This document shows, piece by piece, positions 59,650 to 64,000 of a DNA stretch of 64,000 nt (within the stretch, counting starts at the first letter, position 1; each line of letters begins with the position of its first letter). The notes beneath the pieces are model-generated. The model saw nothing but the letters and a program-made list of their open reading frames with translations. It was not told where the DNA came from and searched no databases. A program made the translations under genes and the position numbers. This DNA comes from a bacterium (lineage in GTDB: Bacteria > Electryoneota > Electryoneia > Electryoneales > Electryoneaceae), in contig CAXXKJ010000002.1 of assembly GCA_963675295.2 (NCBI GenBank), positions 4,128,001 to 4,192,000 on the forward strand. Direction: 5' to 3'.

Positions 59650-60407
59650 ATGACTGAACAGGTTCTTATGCCAGATCCTTATGCACCAGTCGAACTTCAA
59701 GCACTCCGACGCACCAATGGCAATTCCAGTAGCCGACTTGCTGTGGTGCTCGAACCCGAGGGTGAAGCGAAGGAAGTCGGAATTGTCAGCCAGGATTACC
59801 GGCTGGTTAAAACAGAGAAGTTGTGCAAGTCGCAGAAGACCTGCTGAACCGAACGGGGATCCCCGTCGAAGAACACCAGACATTGTGGAACGGAAAGAAA
59901 TTCCGGCAGCGGTATCTGCTGACCCAGACCACGGGCGAAGTGAAGGTTGGTGATGTTGTAGCTTGCACATTGGATGCAGTCAACAGCTACGATGGCAGTA
60001 CCACCTTCGGCCTGGAATTCAACGCAGTCCGGCTGGTTTGTAGTAACGGCATGATGTTGTCATTCATGCTTGGCGGATTCCGGTTCAAGCACTGGGGAAG
60101 CCAGAACTTCGACCGTGAATTACGAGTAGCGGCGCGTCAACTGGATCGTGTAGGGAATCGTCTTCACATGGTGCTGCCGATGCTGGTGGATCTTACCCAC
60201 AAGCGGATGCGTCGTGCCGACATTCAGAAGTTTTTCCGCGAAACCAACTTGCCGATCACTACCCAAGCGAAGGTGTTCAACGGTATTGAAGACGACACAG
60301 CCTGGGGCGTGTACAACGCGGCAACCGATGTGTTGACCAAGCAGGAACGCTTCAGTGCCGAGAACCTGAACAGGCGTGTATCGCAGTACTTCCTGTCGCC
60401 AAACTAA
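59650..60407 (+). pseudogene. DUF932/DUF945-like phage/plasmid protein split by a 1-nt frameshift
   Basis: VGIVSQDYRLV, NSYDGST, RLVCSNGM, TAWGVYNAAT motifs; adding one A to the A4 run at 59809-59812 joins the two ORFs (LVKNREVVQVAE). Confidence 0.8.
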
Positions 60408-60427
60408 CCGAGAGGAGGTGATCATCC

Positions 60428-61333
60428 ATCGACGTTCTACGTCAATCCCTCATCAAGTCCTACCTGTGGTGCCCTGCCAGCTTCAAGTACCGATACATCG
60501 ATCAAATCCCTTCAGCCTTCCGGTCAGTGGCTGCACTGCATGGCCGTGTGCTGCACCAGCTCATCGAAGAGATGCACCTGGTGAACTGGGATCTGGACAT
60601 CACAGCTCGCTACCGGGAACGGTTCGACCACGAGGAATACCGTGGGGATGAATCGGGCACACCCGTTTTCTGGAAAAAAGACCGTGACGCGTCAATCGGC
60701 GAATTGGTAGGTGAAGCTACCGAAATGCTTGCGAACTACCGCGAGAAGGGATGGAATCGACGTACAAATGTGATCCTGTCCGAAGCGACGTTCATGCTGA
60801 AGGTAGGACGGAACGTCTTTAGTGGAACGGTGGATCAGATTCGCCGTGATGGTGACCGTTGGCAGTTGTTGGATTTCAAATCATCGAAGTTCCCACCGAA
60901 CCAGCAATTCCTTGACCTGGACTATCAGCTCGGTCTGTACGCACTGGCTTGCTGGCGTGGTGTGTTCAAGATGCCTGATGGCACGATGCGAATGCTGGAA
61001 ATCCCACCTGAAAAGCTGGATATCGTGTACTACCAGCTTCGCGATCATATCCCCTACAAGCGCAACGGTAACGGCTATGTCGCTGGTGATGAAAAAGGCG
61101 ATCCACGTCGCTCAACAAGTCGAAGCCGTCAACAGCTGATTTCACTGAAGCGCGACCTCGCGGCGATTGCCAGCAACATCAACCGTGGTGTATTCCCACG
61201 CAACCCAGGCATGATCAATTGCCCTGCGTGTGCGTTCGCTGACATCTGCCTATCGGATGCGCAGGGTGTCGGTCTGTCATCCAGGCAGGTACGATCCATC
61301 GAATCCTTGACCATAACGGGAGAAGCTGCATGA
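60428..61333 (+). CDS. PD-(D/E)XK nuclease, AddB/Cas4-like, with 1+3 Cys Fe-S motif
   Basis: SLIKSYLWCP, G.VLH, E, GTVDQI, LLDFKSS, QLGLYALA, CPACAFADIC. The frame extends to an ATC at 60428 behind AGGAGGTG. Confidence 0.85.
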   Translation: MDVLRQSLIKSYLWCPASFKYRYIDQIPSAFRSVAALHGRVLHQLIEEMHLVNWDLDITARYRERFDHEEYRGDESGTPVFWKKDRDASIGELVGEATEMLANYREKGWNRRTNVILSEATFMLKVGRNVFSGTVDQIRRDGDRWQLLDFKSSKFPPNQQFLDLDYQLGLYALACWRGVFKMPDGTMRMLEIPPEKLDIVYYQLRDHIPYKRNGNGYVAGDEKGDPRRSTSRSRQQLISLKRDLAAIASNINRGVFPRNPGMINCPACAFADICLSDAQGVGLSSRQVRSIESLTITGEAA

Positions 61334-62067
61334 GCAAAACAAGGAACGGTACGCCAGCACGACAGAAACCCGGTTCAGATGAATCGGGCGTTGTTGTCCT
61401 GGATGCCATCAACCAACTGGACTGTATCGACATCGAAACCGAAGTGGCGGCGATGATGGAAAACATCCCCCCGTCGTTGGTTCGTGTTCGTATCGATCAC
61501 AGTCCATCTGGTCGGCATCGCATGTTCATCGATAACGGCGAATCCTACGACGATAGCCAGGAAGACCAGGTCGATGTACCTGACAACGTCTTCAGCGGAA
61601 TCGTTGTGTTCAGCCAAACGGTGAGTGCGCTGTGGGTTGAAGGCGAGCAAGTACCCCGCTACAGCGCCATCGACGGAAAGATCACCAGCGGTGATGGGTC
61701 CATTCACCTGGCTTCACAAGCCAAAGACAAAATGCGCCTGTTCGTTTTGACGTACCTGGAAACCAAGCCGCAACTGGTGGTTTTCAACCTGTCACCGACT
61801 TCCATCAAGCACTGGCGCAACCACCTGCAACGGCTTGCCCGTTCGAAAGCACCAGCCATTGCCGTCATCACTCGTTTCAGCCTGTCGGATGTTCAACGCA
61901 ACGGCTATCGTTGGGCTGAAGTTCAGTGCAGCATTGACCGTATTGTCACGCAGCAGGAACTGGATGTTGCCATGCAGCTGCGCGAAGAATGCCGTCAAGC
62001 GTTTGGAGTGATCCAGGAACAGGATTTTGATGATCCTGGCGATCGTGTTTCCGGGGAGGGCGACTGA
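61330..62067 (+). CDS. Phage-type hypothetical protein, possibly ssDNA-binding or annealing
   Basis: ATGA overlap with the nuclease; RLFVL...LSPTSIK.W, V.TRFSL; acidic C-terminal tail. Function is inferred. Confidence 0.6.
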   Translation: MSKTRNGTPARQKPGSDESGVVVLDAINQLDCIDIETEVAAMMENIPPSLVRVRIDHSPSGRHRMFIDNGESYDDSQEDQVDVPDNVFSGIVVFSQTVSALWVEGEQVPRYSAIDGKITSGDGSIHLASQAKDKMRLFVLTYLETKPQLVVFNLSPTSIKHWRNHLQRLARSKAPAIAVITRFSLSDVQRNGYRWAEVQCSIDRIVTQQELDVAMQLREECRQAFGVIQEQDFDDPGDRVSGEGD

Positions 62068-62168
62068 TGATACTGGCACGTATCCCTTGGCGCGAAATCG
62101 GAAAGGTAGCCGAAACAGCGATTGAAGGCGCTGCGGTCCTGATGAAGTGGATCAAGTCGAAGTGGTAA
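62067..62168 (+). CDS. 33-aa amphipathic peptide MILARIPWREIGKVAETAIEGAAVLMKWIKSKW
   Basis: TGATG stop/start overlap, GGGGAGGG RBS, TAA followed by a terminator; not in the ORF track. Confidence 0.6.
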   Translation: MILARIPWREIGKVAETAIEGAAVLMKWIKSKW

Positions 62169-62174
62169 ACGAAC

Positions 62175-62203
62175 AAGGGGACGATCGGTGTCGCCCCCTT
62201 TTA
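62175..62203. terminator. Intrinsic terminator between convergent genes
   Basis: AAGGGGACGAT CGGT GTCGCCCCCTTTT. Confidence 0.65.
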
Positions 62204-62233
62204 GCCTTTGGAATATTACTTCGTAGCTCGGGT

Positions 62234-64000
62234 CTATCTGACCAACATTACCTTCTGCACCTGGTCCATTTGACCGGGAACGGTCGCGCGCACGAAATAC
62301 ATCCCGCTCGCCAGATTCGAACCGTCCAGTGTGAATGTGTGCGTCCCGGCGTCAACCGAACCCCGCACGAGTTCCGCAACCTGCTGACCCATCACGTTGT
62401 ACACGGTCACATTCAGCTCCGCCGTTTCCGGCAGGCTGACCGCGATCATGGTGCTGGGGTTGAACGGGTTCGGATAAACGGGCAGCAGTTCGTATTCCGT
62501 AGGAAGTGGTTTCGTGGCATTGTTCGCAGGTTCCACATCGAACAAACCTTCCCCTGCCCAGCCGGTAACCTCATTGCCGCCGGCTAGAGCCGCGTCCTTC
62601 GTGAACGGGAAGTAGCCGCCGAACTGCGGGCCACCGCCGTTGGGATTCATCCCGATCCAACCCCACATCTCGTACTCACCGGCGGGCGCGAAGGCAGGAA
62701 TGTCCTGCGTCAGGCTTCCCGTCGCTTCCATGAAAGGAAGCAGCGTAAACAGGGTCTGGAACTGGATCTGCGGGTAGAACTGGCCGTTCGGTAGTTTTAC
62801 TTTTGTCCAAACCGTTAATCCGGTATAATTACCAGGCAGTGTACTTACAATATTGATATCGTAGTGCAGTGTTCCGCCAGCAGCAGGGAGATTGGTTCCG
62901 GATGTCGGCGTGAGGGTAACAACAACTGGGTCTTGCTGTGGTCCGGGTTGTTCCCACCACGTGATGGAGTCGGCAAGCCAGGCTGCTCCGAGCACATCGG
63001 TATCTCCGTCGCCATCCATATCCGCAGCATAGACGTCCCTCGCACCTGTGAAATCGTCATCCACGTTATGTTCTGTCCACGCGGTGCCCTCACCGTCGGC
63101 GTTCTCCCACCATGTGATTTCATAGTCGTTCTGGCAGGCACCGAGTACATCCATGTCACCGTCACCGTCCACATCGGTTGCGTATACAGAGTACGCACCG
63201 TCAAAATCCCCATCCACGATGTGTTCAATCCACGATGTGCCAGCGCCATCGGCGTTCTCCCACCACGTGATGTCGTCAGCAACATCAGCTGCACCAAGCA
63301 TGTCGATGTCACCATCTCCATCCACGTCCACCGCATGTACGGAGCGCGCACCATTGAAGTCTCCTTCCACCGTGTGTTCCGTCCACGCGGTGCCATCACC
63401 GTCAGTGTTCTCCCACCATGTGATGTCGTCGGCCAGCCTGGCCGTACCGAGCACGTCCGTGTCGCCGTCACCGTCCACGTCCGCGGCGGTCACGGAGCAA
63501 GCGTAATTGTAATCAATAGCGACGACGTGATTGTCCCACGCTGTGCCATCGCCGTCTATGTTCTCCCACCATAGAATCTGGTCGTCCTCAGCAGCCGCCC
63601 CGAGAACATCGGTGTCACCGTCGCTATCCACATCCATCGCATATACGGAATGCGCACCTTGGAAGGCTATGGCTACGGTGTGAACGGTCCATGAGGTGCC
63701 TGTACCGTCAGAGTTTTCCCACCATTTGATGGCATCGGCATGGAAAGCCGCACCAAGTATGTCGGTATCTCCGTCGCCGTCTACATCCATCGCGTACACT
63801 TCATTTGCACCATTGAAGTCGATGTCCACTGTGTGCTCGATCCACGACGTACCCGAACCGTCGGCGTTCTCCCACCATGTGATATCATCGTCATCAAATG
63901 CCGCACCGATCACGTCGGTGTCACCGTCACCGTCCACGTCCGTCGCAAACACGGAAACCGCATGGAAAAACTCATCATCTACAGTGTGTTCAACCCAGTC
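62234..64000 (-). CDS. FG-GAP/VCBS repeat protein with a T9SS type-A CTD; 5' end outside the window
   Basis: Seven ~50-aa repeats D(V/M)DGDGD.DV.GAA...I.WWEN.DG.GT.W..H.V; CTD VYPNPFNP...VYNVMGQQV...LASGMYFV. Confidence 0.9.
   Translation of the reverse strand, partial: DWVEHTVDDEFFHAVSVFATDVDGDGDTDVIGAAFDDDDITWWENADGSGTSWIEHTVDIDFNGANEVYAMDVDGDGDTDILGAAFHADAIKWWENSDGTGTSWTVHTVAIAFQGAHSVYAMDVDSDGDTDVLGAAAEDDQILWWENIDGDGTAWDNHVVAIDYNYACSVTAADVDGDGDTDVLGTARLADDITWWENTDGDGTAWTEHTVEGDFNGARSVHAVDVDGDGDIDMLGAADVADDITWWENADGAGTSWIEHIVDGDFDGAYSVYATDVDGDGDMDVLGACQNDYEITWWENADGEGTAWTEHNVDDDFTGARDVYAADMDGDGDTDVLGAAWLADSITWWEQPGPQQDPVVVTLTPTSGTNLPAAGGTLHYDINIVSTLPGNYTGLTVWTKVKLPNGQFYPQIQFQTLFTLLPFMEATGSLTQDIPAFAPAGEYEMWGWIGMNPNGGGPQFGGYFPFTKDAALAGGNEVTGWAGEGLFDVEPANNATKPLPTEYELLPVYPNPFNPSTMIAVSLPETAELNVTVYNVMGQQVAELVRGSVDAGTHTFTLDGSNLASGMYFVRATVPGQMDQVQKVMLVR

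Larger units (their letters stand above)
57980..62203. mobile_element. Left part of a tRNA-Lys-integrated element; right boundary not determined
   Basis: tRNA 3' fragment, abrupt switch to AT-rich DNA at 58025, then phage/plasmid-type genes. Confidence 0.75.

Noticed and set aside
59800-59830. Programmed -1 ribosomal frameshift
   Set aside because: No in-phase X XXY YYZ slippery heptamer or obvious stimulatory structure; mutation or sequencing error is simpler.
60428-61333. CRISPR-associated Cas4
   Set aside because: No cas1/cas2 or repeat-spacer array is in the window; the context is a mobile-element nuclease.
62950-64000. CRISPR array or DGR template/variable repeats
   Set aside because: The repeats are in-frame coding units of about 150 bp with no unique spacers, and no reverse transcriptase is present.

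Overview
GC-rich bacterial DNA, probably from a non-Bacteroidota member of the FCB group. This is an inference from five T9SS-type C-terminal sorting domains, a PorV-like gene and a TonB-dependent receptor with no SusD. From left to right: (1) a minus-strand Hmc/Dsr-like membrane redox operon (DsrK/HmcF, DsrM/HmcE, HybA/HmcB, then a gene cut by the window edge), led by a NifX-like fusion gene with a sigma54 promoter and a PAS-AAA+ activator; (2) a heme biosynthesis operon hemE-N-H-Y-ccsA-like-A-B-L with no hemC or hemD; (3) a secreted CTD protein, a CNNM protein, a sugar ABC transporter and a secreted GH38; (4) an AT-rich 6-PAS hybrid kinase, gene debris and a decayed IS4-family element; (5) an orphan MacB-like permease, an antiporter and an EIIA protein; (6) a ~21 kb co-oriented locus that looks like a SusD-less N-glycoprotein foraging system (GH130, CBM9-like, SSS, GH38, PNGase F, GH20, TBDR, large CTD protein, lectin-like CTD protein, S8 protease, PorV-like); (7) the 3' half of tRNA-Lys(CTT), marking the att end of an integrated element with an excisionase-like gene, a frameshifted DUF932-like gene, an Fe-S PD-(D/E)XK nuclease, an SSB-like gene and a 33-aa peptide; (8) a partial FG-GAP repeat CTD protein. 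All family assignments come from motifs read by eye; no searches were run.
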